Notes: generated from the sequence alone by a model not told the origin. Counted from the first letter of the stretch, positions 1 through 11,558 are shown. The stretch is DNA of 32,019 nt from Catajapyx aquilonaris (GCA_000934665.2 KZ538259.1:62001-94019); one strand, 5' to 3'. Numbers and translations: made by a program.

Positions 1-608
1 TCCGGTCGAAAAGGATTGGTTAAGCTTATCTTCGGACCCCCCTAAACCCTTGGAAGAAAATGGAAAAGAATTTCTTTGCGTGCGTCTTCTCTTGGCCTCG
101 CAACTACTCAGGACCATTCACCAACTCGATGCTCTCAGGAAAGCACAATTACTGACCAACAAAGCACATTCTACCACCTTCTGCTCTTGGATCAACACAC
201 TAAACTATCCTTGGTTCCAATCCACTCAGGAAAAAAAAAAAAAAATCGAAACCTGAGTGCACATTTTAAGTTTGGATGAAATTAACTGTCAGTTGACATA
301 GAGCCGAATGACGGAAATTCATTTGCAAAATAAAAATAAAAATAATCCAATTTGCAACAAAGCTCCTCATTTATCCGATCTGACAGGCGATGACCGAAAG
401 GATGGTAATATATGAATATGGCCTGTCAATGACGGACAAAATTTTATGCTAATAGGTACGTTGCATTTATGGATATGACTACAACCATTTAAGGGTGCTT
501 ACAAAATGCTAGAATTTTGTTTTTAAATAGATGGACAGAACCCCTGCATATCTCATGTCTAGCAAGTGTTCTTCGTGGAATTTTGTCCTGAAAGATATAC
601 CAGGGTGT

Positions 609-886
609 AACCGAAGCTGGTTGGTGTAGGGGATAAGGAGCCCGATTGCTAATCCGGAGGTCCTGGGTTCGAATCCCGGGGCCGGCGACCCTGACCATGG
701 TTTTCTGTGGTTTTCCATGGTCCCCTCCAGGACAATTCCGGGGTCGTTTCCGTAAAAAATAGGCAACAGCCGCTTCCATCCTTCCCTATCCCTGGTCCCA
801 TCCAATGGTGGTAATCCACACCCCCTAAGGGAGCCAAAGGCTCTAGCACGGGGCATGATAAATACGTAATTACATAAATAAAATAA
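609..886 (+). mobile_element. tRNA-derived SINE (family A, copy 1) with 14-bp TSD
   Basis: tRNA-like head with A-box-like TGGTGTAGGGG and B-box GGTTCGAATCC; core GGTTTTCTGTGGTTTTCC...CCAGGACAATTCCGGG; A-rich tail; exact direct repeat ATATACCAGGGTGT at 595-608 and 887-900; homologous to 25201-25558. Confidence 0.92.
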
Positions 887-892
887 ATATAC

Positions 893-1125
893 CAGGGTGT
901 TCCAAATTCGTGGGTCGTTTTTTATAACTGATATCGCCCGATAGAAGTTATTCTTTGGTAGCTTGTTGTGCCCCGATCCAGGTTCCCAATTATACCCAGG
1001 GTATCGAATATAGCAGTTGCTATAGAATGGGGTTCACCGCGGTTAGGGGCACAGCAAGCTACAAAAATAACTACTATCGGGCAATATCAGTTATAAAAAA
1101 CGACGCACGAATTTGGAACACCCTG
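893..1125. mobile_element. MITE with CAGGGTGT termini (Tc1/mariner-like, non-autonomous)
   Basis: About 80-bp imperfect TIRs: CAGGGTGTTCCAAATTCGTG...GTGCCCC (893-974) and GGGGCAC...CACGAATTTGGAACACCCTG (1046-1125); no coding capacity. Confidence 0.88.
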
Positions 1126-2012
1126 GTGTACCCTACTCATTCAATTCTTTTAAAAAAAAGTAGGCTTAATAACCTAAATTCCATTGCATGGTGCACTATA
1201 CTCACAAAAAAGTTACTAAGCATGTACAGTGTTTTAATATTACAATAGGGCAAAGGACAGCCCTACGTTCATAAGTTACTAACCACCCACCTATTGTAAT
1301 TTTTGGCATCTCGTGGTTTCTGATTTTAGCCACATGTCGTGATGGTGATGATGATGATAAGATCTTATCAAGACATGAAACAAGCTTACTATGTACAAAA
1401 CTACAAATATAATCAAATGTTCAAAAACCACAGAGACTGTAAAATCCTTGCATTTTCAAAGCGAACGATTTCCCGGAAATGACTTTCCCCCCAAATCTGA
1501 AGCGGATGGTCCTCGTTACTGAAGGTAAATAAAGTCAAGAGTTGGCGAAAAGGGTGGCGGAGAGGTGGGAGCTGGAAGCCAGGGGGGGGAGTGGGAAAAG
1601 GCGGGGAATATATATAAAAAAAACAGAGTGTGTCAGTAGCGGAAGTGGCGTGTGAATGTTGGCCTGACTTGATTTCGTGTTAACTTTGTCCAATCCGGGA
1701 CACCCTATAAAAAAAATGATGGAAGAAAAGAAAACTTGTGTTTCAAAGGGGAAGATGTGAGTGAGGACTGAGGATGGAAAAGACCCTAACAAGAAGCGTC
1801 GTCAGATGATTCCGAAGGAGGTTGGCATTCCACTCAGATGCCTCTAGGTTGTTGTTCTCTCTCCAGGCCAAAATAGTTTAATTCGACGAAAGTTTAGTGG
1901 GTCTGGGAATCCATTAGGAACGGCTTTGGGCGCCTCCGGAAGGGCGAATCACAAACACAAGTGATACACTGCTCAAAAGACTCGTTTCCATTGCAAACAG
2001 TAGTACAAGATA

Positions 2013-2200
2013 CAGGGTGTCTCAACTTTTTTGTCCGAACAGTTATCGGAAATATTGCACTATAAGCTGCTACTTTGTAAGCAGTGACTTGAAACCGGTT
2101 TGTCGGAGGAATGGGGAATATTCATTGCGAATCTTAGGTTGAAGTGGTATACACTGCTTACAAAGTAGCATGTTCGGCCAAAAAAAGTCTAAACACCCTG
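2013..2200. mobile_element. MITE with CAGGGTGT termini and TA TSD
   Basis: TA|CAGGGTGTCTCAACTTTTTTGTCCGAACA ... TGTTCGGCCAAAAAAAGTCTAAACACCCTG|TA; internal inverted repeat TGCTACTTTGTAAGCAGTG / CACTGCTTACAAAGTAGCA. Confidence 0.88.
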
Positions 2201-2813
2201 TATTAGATACTTGCTCAAACTGATCCATCTGGTCATTCCCCTACCTCCCATGAGCATGCTCCTGCACGTCTCGCGCCGCCATATTTGGTCCGGCTTGACC
2301 TTTTCGCACATCTCCACAAGTTCCTTCAGGAAACGTCATTGTGCTCAACTCCTGAAACTAGGAAGCCCCCTATCTCCCGCACCTGATGGCAAGGTAGAAA
2401 GAAAAAAGACGGAAGAAAGTAACAAGTTTGTCAGAGTTTGCCACGGTCGGATCGAGTATCTGGAGCGAAAACTGCCTGCATAGTGCCTTGCGATGTTGCA
2501 AATGGAGCAGTGACACGTCAGTGGCGTGCCAACCTTGGCATGAAGTGCAATTTTGCTCCGAGTTCCGTCGTCGAGAGGACGGGGTGGGTGGGTAGGGGGA
2601 TGCTGCGAGATAGCTGTTCTACTGTGCAAGTGGAAGGGGGGGTCCTCTCAGTTCTAACAAAAGCCCTGCTTGCATGTAATCTAGTGGCTGGCACAGCCCG
2701 AGGCTGTGATTGAACCAGACCTCATTAATCGCTGGGGCCTCGATCAAGATGGGGATGGCCTATTTATAGCCTTTTCGTCACCAGCCACCATAGGTTTTCT
2801 TCAGAACACTCAC

Positions 2814-2951
2814 CACTGAGAGATGAAGTCTTCACTGATGGAGAAGATGGTGACTGTCCGGTTGACGGCCTCGGTGCTGTTGAGACCGTCGGTGATGTTG
2901 CCCTCCAGCTCCATGTCCGGCGACGTCTGGATTAGCTGCTCCAGGTCGCGT
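2814..2951 (-). CDS. Single 138-nt coding exon of a spliced gene; peptide RDLEQLIQTSPDMELEGNITDGLNSTEAVNRTVTIFSISEDFISQ(W/C); probably an extracellular segment of a membrane or secreted protein
   Basis: On the minus strand: polypyrimidine tract CCCTCTCTTCTTCTTCATCTTCTGACTCAG acceptor and CAGTG|GTGAGT donor; phase 2-2 symmetric exon; open frame with 39 of 45 codons ending in G/C in an AT-rich background; sequons NIT, NST, NRT. The ORF track reads this region in a different frame. Confidence 0.8.
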
Positions 2952-3736
2952 CTGAGTCAGAAGATGAAGAAGAAGAGAGGGTGAGTCCAACAATGAAGAC
3001 ACACAATGGCTTCCCACCCGTTTTCGATTTGTAGCCAGCTTCCATTATGTCTCTCTTCCAGCGGGATCTATTGACACAAGATGCGAGGCACTCCCTGGAG
3101 CATCAACTTACAACTTGTGCTACAGTACGAGATATTATTGGAGATGATGCTCTCTGGGGTAGTGGAATTTGCCAGATATGGACTGGGGGGAGCTGCAGGT
3201 GCATGGTTTTACGAGAGGAGTTCATGATGCGGGTAGAGAGAGACGATTACCCTGCGGGCCACTACTCGTTTGACAAGAGGGACAAGCGCGCTCTTACTCC
3301 GCCCATAGACGATTAAATTCCAATTCGGTGTCGCAATTTCGGTGTTTTAAAGGGGAGAGACTGGGTGAATAAACGTGGGGTTTCAACTCAATTGACATCA
3401 GATTAGCAAAATTGGGCCGGAACTGCTTATTACTTTAACCAGCTACTCGGAAAATTGCTTGTAAGGGCACTAAAAGTTACTTCTAATATATTTATTCATT
3501 TTAAATATATATTAATTTACCCACTTGTTTGCACAAACGCATGGGGTGTGGGAATTCTCGTACAAATCGGAAAAAAACAGAGTTTAAAATTAACTAACTT
3601 ATAAACATTTACCTCTGTAAAGATATTGCTTCTAATAATGCGCCGAATTTATCGTTAGTACAAATACGTACTTTGTAAATTTGTGCTAAGTTAAGGACTA
3701 AATGGGTGATCTGTATTTAACATAATGTATCACACA

Positions 3737-4000
3737 AAGGAGAGACGGAGTGGCGCTGCGGTAACGTACGCGTTCGATCCCAGCCCAGGGACACCCCCTT
3801 CATCTCGTGCAGAGTTGGGCCATCTCTGGCTTCGTCTCGGGTGGAATCTCCGCTAGACTAATCCACCCGTGGTTCACAAAATGACCAAGTAACGACATTG
3901 CACTTGCACTTTGCACATCCCCTCCCAGTCACCTTATGGTGGTATTCCACCCCCCCCCCCCCCGAGGGCCTCTGGCCCTGTCACAGGGTACACTTTAAAA
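3737..4000 (+). mobile_element. tRNA-derived SINE (family B), degenerate
   Basis: A-box TGGCGCTGCGG, B-box GTTCGATCCC; 3' end ATGGTGGTATTCCAC-C(n)-GAGGGCCTCTGGCCCT similar to the family A tail; short A tail; imperfect TSD AATGTATCACACA (3724-3736) / AATGCACCACACA (4001-4013). Confidence 0.75.
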
Positions 4001-5903
4001 AATGCACCACACACATCTTCATAATATATTTTGATCCTAATAGTTACTAATGCTAGGTTAGAATCCAATTTGAAAACTAATACTGCGTATCTTTTCAGAT
4101 GGGTCTGCCTGTTAATCTGTATACCAATGTGAGCTAAATTCTGAAAATCATGGCAGGCCTATGTCTGATTGAATAGGTTTATACTGTATATTGAGTCCAA
4201 GTTCAGTGGACAAAATGACCTATGTCTCTGAACTGCTCTGAACCCATTATTGTTGATTGATAATAGCGGTCCAAAGCGAACAAGCAATAGCTCAAAATGG
4301 TCCATGTCAAATATAATTACATTATTATTCTGAAAAAATACAGTACGTCATATGGTTTGTTAACTTTCCATATAAGGTACAAATCACACTAATCGCACAC
4401 AGGCAAATTACTAGAGCCACTTTACATAAAATTACGCATTAATTTTTAGTTCCAGTAACTTTGGTCTGTGCAGCGCCAATCTCTAACAGCGTATTTTTTC
4501 AAGTTTGAAAAAAATATCACATGCCATGTCACATCCGGTTTAGCAATATGAGCAATAGTTCAAGGACAGTAGACAATGACTGTCTTTCTCTAAAGCGTCA
4601 ACCTCCTTTGTCTCTTCTTGTAAAATGGCGACCTAATACTCTATTTTTCGGCTCAGTTTATTTCCTGCGCAATATTCTCCATTGTTCTCTTTGAGACATT
4701 TGGTGGCAAAAGGGCAAGTTCAAAAACTGCTGCGTAGATGAAACCTTACCTGGTCTTCCAAGAACACTAATTCTTTATAGTACATAAAAGTCTCTTTGAA
4801 ATCCTACAAGCTAAGGTCTGACATAATATAACGATACTCAGATACCTGCTAAGGGCATTTGCGATATACGACAGTAAAAGTCTCTTTGTGTAAACGATAT
4901 TTTCCCAGAAAATCAAGCGTCACACTATATGTCAGCTACGACTTGTCCTATAACCTAAATGCTTGTTGGGCTTCACCTTTTGCGCTACCACCATCGACTA
5001 TATGCCAGAGCCCACAGCATACAAGCATCCTAATCACAATCAGGCCAGGCTCACCCATTTAAATGAAAATCGCTCCTCGGCTTATCTTCATTGCTACCGA
5101 CTAACCCTCATAACTGCACCGAATTAACCCTTCGTTTTAAGCGGGGAACTGTAACGCATGTTGTCCGCTCAAATAGATGGACCTCAGCTGCCAGGCAAGG
5201 CCTAAAGTCAATAAGGATTGGAAGGAGAGGAACGCGGGATTTATGGCTTGCAAATGCTAACCGTATAACAAGTCTCATCTTTCTCTTCACCGTTACGGAA
5301 CGCCAGTCTGCTTCGGATAAAACCAACCGCGCATTTTCGATCAAAATATTGAGTTACAGCACAGCACTGAACTAGCTAGCCTGCTGAAAGTCCCATTCAG
5401 AAGTGTGATGTAAAATGCTTCTAAACTGATGTTCAATATGTTTACTGAAAGGTTACCTATTTATAAAAAAAATTGATTGACAGTTGGTTGCTTCCTAACC
5501 TGATTATAGTGTATTCACCTCTTGTACGCTGTAGGCCTTGGGAATTACAATAGCCGTATGGAAAGTTATGTTTCGCACAAGGGAACGTCCGGAATTTACC
5601 TTGGTCCGCATACCAGCGGTGTGCAGTATCAAATACCCCAACACAACGCATCGCCTTAAAAACGCATATCGAAGTTTGTGGCCTCTCTTCCGTTCCAAAA
5701 AAATAGGCCTATAGACGCTCCCTGTTCGTTAAATTGATTGCAGGACCAAAAATGGCGCCTGACTACAAAGCAATTTGGCCTTATCGCACTGGTCCAATAC
5801 AAATAGAATAGGCAAAGGGGGGGTCCTTTGCAAGGTAACTATTGCAAATCAGTATCGGTTGGCAGGAGAGTGGGGTGTGCCATTTGGCTGCGAGATTTTA
5901 TGA

Positions 5904-5916
5904 CACGTGACACGTG
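5904..5916. promoter_or_regulatory. Tandem canonical E-boxes (CACGTG-A-CACGTG)
   Basis: Sequence TGACACGTGACACGTGACA; motif presence only, function not shown. Confidence 0.3.
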
Positions 5917-8582
5917 ACAGACCTGCGCTTCCATGCTTATTGACAGGTGATTTATTGAGCGGTAAATTTACCTTCGCTCATAAAAGTTAATCGTGACAGT
6001 ATTGTGGGCACAGGCATTCCGGGGGGAAAGAATGAGCCGGGGACGTTTTATTAACGCCAGTGGCAAAAATATCGGCGGATACAAAAGTCCTGTCTTTACC
6101 GTCTGTCTCCATTTGATCACGACATATATCACACCACGTGGCATTCGGTCCGGTACGGACACTTTTGGATTATCCCCTTTTTCTATGCCGCCATGGAATG
6201 AAAGATGGCTTTTGTGTTTCGGACACCGTGCTTTTCACACCCCGTATCTGTCCAGAGTCTAAGAGGCGTTTATTTGATGGACGTTCCGGGTGTCAGTAGC
6301 ACAACTGGCCCGTATTATACAGCAGTTTTGGACACCTTCAGGCTAGGGTAAATATATTCCCCCCCCCCCCCTCCTGCACCTTCCCGGGGTGCATCGCGTC
6401 AAAAAGTTGACTGGGAAACAAGCCCACTGAGCATAATTACCCACATTTCACTTACATTATGCAACAGATGTGCTTCATTTAACCGTGTTAGTCTCAATTA
6501 GGCAAAGCGAGTTTTTATCCGCAGCCGGCGATTTTACAGAGCTAGTTGGATTTTTTTTTTAATTGGGCAGAGAAAAGGGGAGTGTAAAGATAAGCTGTAT
6601 TGCGACTTCATGTGTGCCACTGATAGAAGATAACTACAAAATCTGGCTCTTCTAATTTGCAACTCTGCGCCATGGTAGACAGTTCATCCTGGCATATAGG
6701 CATCCCTTTCAACTGTGCCCGGAAGGTCGCATACCAACACAGGGGCAAACACTGTTGCCTCAACGGTTTGCAAAGAACTCAAATTCTACCCCTTCTTTTC
6801 CAAGGTAATGAAACTGAATTTTCTCTTGCTTGTCATAAATGATCAAGGAGTAGGAAGAAGCGGGTACAAGTCGTGAATCAAATTACCCGAATTACAGCGA
6901 ACTCCCACCTGGGTTAAAACCCTCCATATAAAAATCGATCGCAGAATGCGTAAAATCTTGTTCAACACTTCTCTTTTCCCCTCTACCCCCCTCTGCCACC
7001 ATCCCCCTCTTTCCCTCTGTGCTATTTTCCTCGAGACTCTCATTATTTCATGCGAATCAATTCGGAAGGCCCTGACACCAGTGCTGGAGAAAAGCAGTGG
7101 CACCCGCAAGATTCGCAGATCGACGTCGCGTCGGTGCCACCTTTACAGAACTGAACTCATACAACAGACACTTCCTTCCGACAGGGTTTCACAAAAGACT
7201 CGGGCGAAACCTCTGCCAAAAGAATGTTGAGGGGTCGGGGGACGAGGAATTCGCGTCTAGGTGAAGAGTTAATTAAACCTTAAGCAGTTTCTTCTTGGCC
7301 GCAGCTCTGGAGGACTAGAGTGGTCATTCGCAGATGCTTTGTCAATCGGGACATTTTTTGAAGGTTTATAATAGGCCTGAGATGCTGAATGGAGATGACT
7401 GATGTTCCGCCACAAACGCCGCCGATGGATGAACTTGTGGCTACAGTACTGTACCACCCACATCGCCACACTTGCAACACGTCACGCAGCTTTGCACAGG
7501 TTCAGTAATTCGTAAGTGAACTTCCTTTCCCACGCATATTATTAACCTTGGCCTCTCCATGGCACAGTTCAGTTTCTAAGAAGTTTCAAGAAGTTTCAAG
7601 AAGGCGAAGAAGGTCACATTTAATGTGAAGGTAGCAGGTAAGTGCGTATAGTAAATTATTGTACAGACGTAAATGCGCAATATTACCGCGTACTGTACTT
7701 GACCTAACTGTTCTAAGAAACTAATACCGTACGTATATACCCTAGTTTCCGCATTCAGCTCCCGTGCCTATTCAACCCAAACTCGAGTTAAGATGTTCAT
7801 AATTGGATGAAAGGACTCAAAGCCGAGATGAATCAAACAAAATCTATAGTCGTACTCGAAGGTATATACGGAACAGGGAACGGGGATCGGCACGATCTTG
7901 TCCTTCGCTCCTTTACAATTTCCTCACAGTGACCAATTATTTGCACTCAAGGTTATCCAAAGTGAACCTGTGCTCCGATGCGCAGCAGCTTAACTGTAGC
8001 CAATGAAAGAAGGGGATGAAAGCAGATTGGTTTTGATATACTTGCTCCATTCAGCTTAGGGAAACCGACAGATGCAGCAGGATGTTTACTCCCATGAACA
8101 TCAAAGGTGGAGAATCCAAACTGAACGTATCAGTGTAGCATACATACCGATAATACCTGTCTGTTTATATTGTCTAAATTATTTTGTACAGGTTACTCGA
8201 GGTTTAAGTTTACTGCACGAAAAAAATGGCATGTGAATAAATCAGTACTGCCCTCCAATTTGACAGATGTCCATGACCTTTATACAGTACATACTGTAGT
8301 ACGCTGTACGTTGCGAAAATTCGTAGTTCAGAAATGAGGTAGCCTATACTGTATAGTCGACTTAAGGTAACTAGTTGTAGATTGTTTACTCCAGAGACCA
8401 GTTTAAGAGAAGCTGTTTGGTGGAAGCAGTAATTAAGGTAGTATTTACGTGGCGTGATTGTTGTTCCAGCAGCTTACTACTGGGGTTAACAATCCAGAAA
8501 TGGGAAATTCACTACCCTGCATCCAACACCAAAAGTTACTTCTCCATTGTAGCACTATATTATATAGGTAGCAAAACTTGTA

Positions 8583-8680
8583 ATTTTGATTCCTTCATTT
8601 TTACAGTAGCATAGGCACTATTATAACCTATTGTGTTCTAATAGTGCCTATGTTACTGTAAAAAATGAAGCAATCAAAAT
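8583..8680. repeat. Fold-back inverted repeat (about 41-bp arms, 15-nt spacer), possible small MITE remnant
   Basis: ATTTTGATTCCTTCATTTTTACAGTAGCATAGGCACTATTA (8583-8623) pairs with 8639-8680, with 2 substitutions and 1 indel. Confidence 0.85.
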
Positions 8681-10126
8681 AGGTAAGTGACGTCAAAATA
8701 TCAGTGTCCCTCAATGTGGATGTCGATTTTCATTATGCCGACCAGGTGACGTTCGTCTCTCACATTCAACTAAACTGGGTCATAAAATATGTGCAAAACA
8801 TGCGTGATGGAACATTATTCAAAGTGACTCCACATTTCCCGGCTCCGACGAGCTAAAACCCCAACAACAATTGAAAACAGTATGCGCTAAGCGGGTTAAA
8901 CGGTTTTGGCGGAACCCAGCTAACGACGAACTGTGCCCTAAGGTAGTTACTGTATATACCCGACATGCGCAATAGAATACGAAAGAAGCCGGAATCATGG
9001 AAAGTCGGAATCAAGCCTGCAAAGCATTTTTGGCTATCAGGATACCGCATGCGCCTCCCAATTACCTCAAGTAGATTTGAAGTCAATTGGTGAGCCCAGC
9101 AAAAGAAGGAAAGATTCAAAAGCAGCCTATCTGTTTCCTCCTGGCGAAGCAGGGCTTTCATTTGCAGACGTTTGTTTCTGGCAGGCTTCACTAGACTTGT
9201 CTAAATTGAAATCGAGACTTGCCACTGGAAAAGACCTCCCCCAATTGGTCCGAAACTTCTGAAAGCCTCTCTTTGACAATCCTCATCCTCATTAATCCAC
9301 ACTTCGCCGTGAATGCATGAATTAATGCCTGCGCATTGTCAACGGAAAAAGTTTATTCTTCCCAGTTGTGACGCGATGAGTAGTTCCGTCCGACGCTCTC
9401 GGAAGATGTCGCTAATAACGCCCGTTGACACGAGGCCGCTGCTAGGAAAACCCGCGTGGGGTGATTAACCAGTCATTGGTTGATATATGCTTCACACTGG
9501 AAAGTAATGGCTATACGTGGAAATTGAAACCAAAATCCGGTAAGCTGTCTGATCAGAACTGACTACAAACGCCACTTTGAAAGTAGGGAAAGAGCCGCCT
9601 CACTTCGCCTTCGAACACGGATGAACAGACACTGAGCTGAAATGGATTTTCTAGAAGCCATTACCAGAATTGTATGTGGTGATGATACCTCGATCAGTCT
9701 CAGCGCACATTTTCAGCTCGTCCCACCAAAAAATCAGGGTTGGAATCAAGGATGTAAGAAGCGGTAATGACCTTTGTCAGCCTTTTGGATTCATTTGGCT
9801 ACCTCTCTCGGGCCAGGAGCGGACATCGATTCAAAACTTTTGTCATCAGGGCGCAATCTTGGTCATGATGATGGGAAATGAAGCTCTTCATTCCACCACC
9901 ACTCATAGCTCAGGGGCTATATTTGCCCAATAGCGAAAAATACATCGCACCTACCGGATGTTTAGCTCATTCTCATTAACACCAGGTTCAGTTACGTATT
10001 TAACTACACCTAACTGTCTTCCGACACCCGAGCAACGCAAACTGTTCATTATTTTTGTTCCAAGGGCGCGAACTTTCGCTCAAAAGTTTCTAGTGCCTTG
10101 TGAAGTATCGGCACTTGACCACGCTG

Positions 10127-10129
<3 letters not shown>

Positions 10130-10175
<46 letters not shown>
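10130..10175. repeat. (GA)n microsatellite
   Basis: Uninterrupted GA run. Confidence 0.98.
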
Positions 10176-10177
<2 letters not shown>

Positions 10178-11558
10178 ATATGCTGACTGGTGAGAATAAA
10201 GGAGGACTAGTGTCACAGTTCGCATGCGGTACGTTCGCAGCGCCTATTCAACCCAGGGTCTTCTTATCGGCAGGAAATGAAGCCAGCTATCGCTTTCATT
10301 CCCAAAACCAACGAGTCGGTGCATATGGAGCCAGATTCTTTAGAACACGCCTAACTTGACGAAGCGCAGACACACACTCATTTTTCTCATATTGACAGCC
10401 AGATGGCGCATCAGTAGGCATCAGCAGAAAATCAGGACCCGTTTCTTCCATTAAAGCCTGGTTTCAGACACCCCCTCCAGAAGCTTGTTTGTGACAGCGA
10501 CAAGTGTGCGGAACGGGAAATGACGTCACACAAAAGGGGGCGCTAGCTAAACGGCTCATAGAAGACTGATGATGCACAACAACTTGGCTTGGCATCCATT
10601 AGAAGGTTGTAAGAAAGCGGCTCACCATTTATGAGCTAAGGTACATCCCTGCTCAAGGGATGGTCTCGACGACCCCGTTTTCTATTGAACAAGATGAGAC
10701 TGTACATTCACAGACCCGTAAACCCCCCCGGATATGCCGCAGCCTGCAGGTCATAATTAGTTCCCTGTTTAAAGTTGCGTGTCCTTCGGCTGGGACGATA
10801 GTCGTCCCCATTCATAGAAATGAGGCGAAATGCGAACTATTCCCAATTGATTCGTGATGGCTATATGCGAGTTGGCGTTCCATTTCGTGGCCGTCGGGAA
10901 TTGGCCGGCCACATTTTATCTCCACCAGTCCCGCTTCAAAACCGAAGGACTCTTCAGGACGGTCATGGTTTGCGTTTAACATTCGAATGCTAACTAGTGC
11001 ATGGAAATTTTTTTAATGCGCAGGGGGTCAACCTATGAAAGTTTCAAATTGTCGAAACAAATGCGGGAAACACATTATACGTATACGTGTAAAGTGCACG
11101 GTTGCTCATGAGGTGAACCAGATTCAACAATTTTCGGACACGATTATTTTTACGACAGTTCATTTCTGTGGGACAGACAACATAAGAAATAATTTTCAAA
11201 TATTTTGTCAGCTGGTAAAAACAATCAATTTACAAATATTTGCTTCCTTGTGTGGCTACCTGCCTGCAACGTTCACCTGAATGTAATCATTATGCAATTT
11301 GCAGCAAAAATGTCGTGTAAAAATGCAGACTTGAAAATAATATAATACAAGCCAGACCTTCTAGGTATTGCATTATTACATTTCATAATACTTGAGGTGC
11401 ATGAACCTTTGCCTTGAGGCCATTTCCCCCTTCACCTTTTTAGATCATATTGAGTTTTGATTTGTCACCCTACATTTGCACCGCCTATAGAAGACAGAAC
11501 AGAAAGAATGAGCAAGTAAGGAGTCAATAACTGCACCACCCAATATACACATCTTGGA

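Noticed and set aside
609..690. tRNA gene (GCT anticodon-like loop)
   Set aside because: No proper acceptor stem or T-run terminator; it continues into a SINE body flanked by a TSD.
489..856. Overlapping minus-strand ORFs of 66-115 aa
   Set aside because: They are antisense readings of the SINE. The same applies to ORFs at 16670-16985 and 25357-25545.
2211..2382. Possible next minus-strand exon (strong polypyrimidine tract and CAG acceptor at 2383-2385)
   Set aside because: Splicing from the 2814 donor gives W-C-G-R-stop, all frames contain stops and the donor is weak. It could be a terminal or non-coding exon but is unsupported.
4750..4803. Possible 54-nt minus-strand exon (DFKETFMYYKELVFLEDQ, CAG|GTAAGG donor)
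   Set aside because: Poor acceptor, no strong GC3 bias, and phase 0 is incompatible with the phase-2 exon at 2951.
7725..7871. Degenerate MITE with CGTATATACC / GGTATATACG ends
   Set aside because: Inverted match is only about 10 bp; insufficient.
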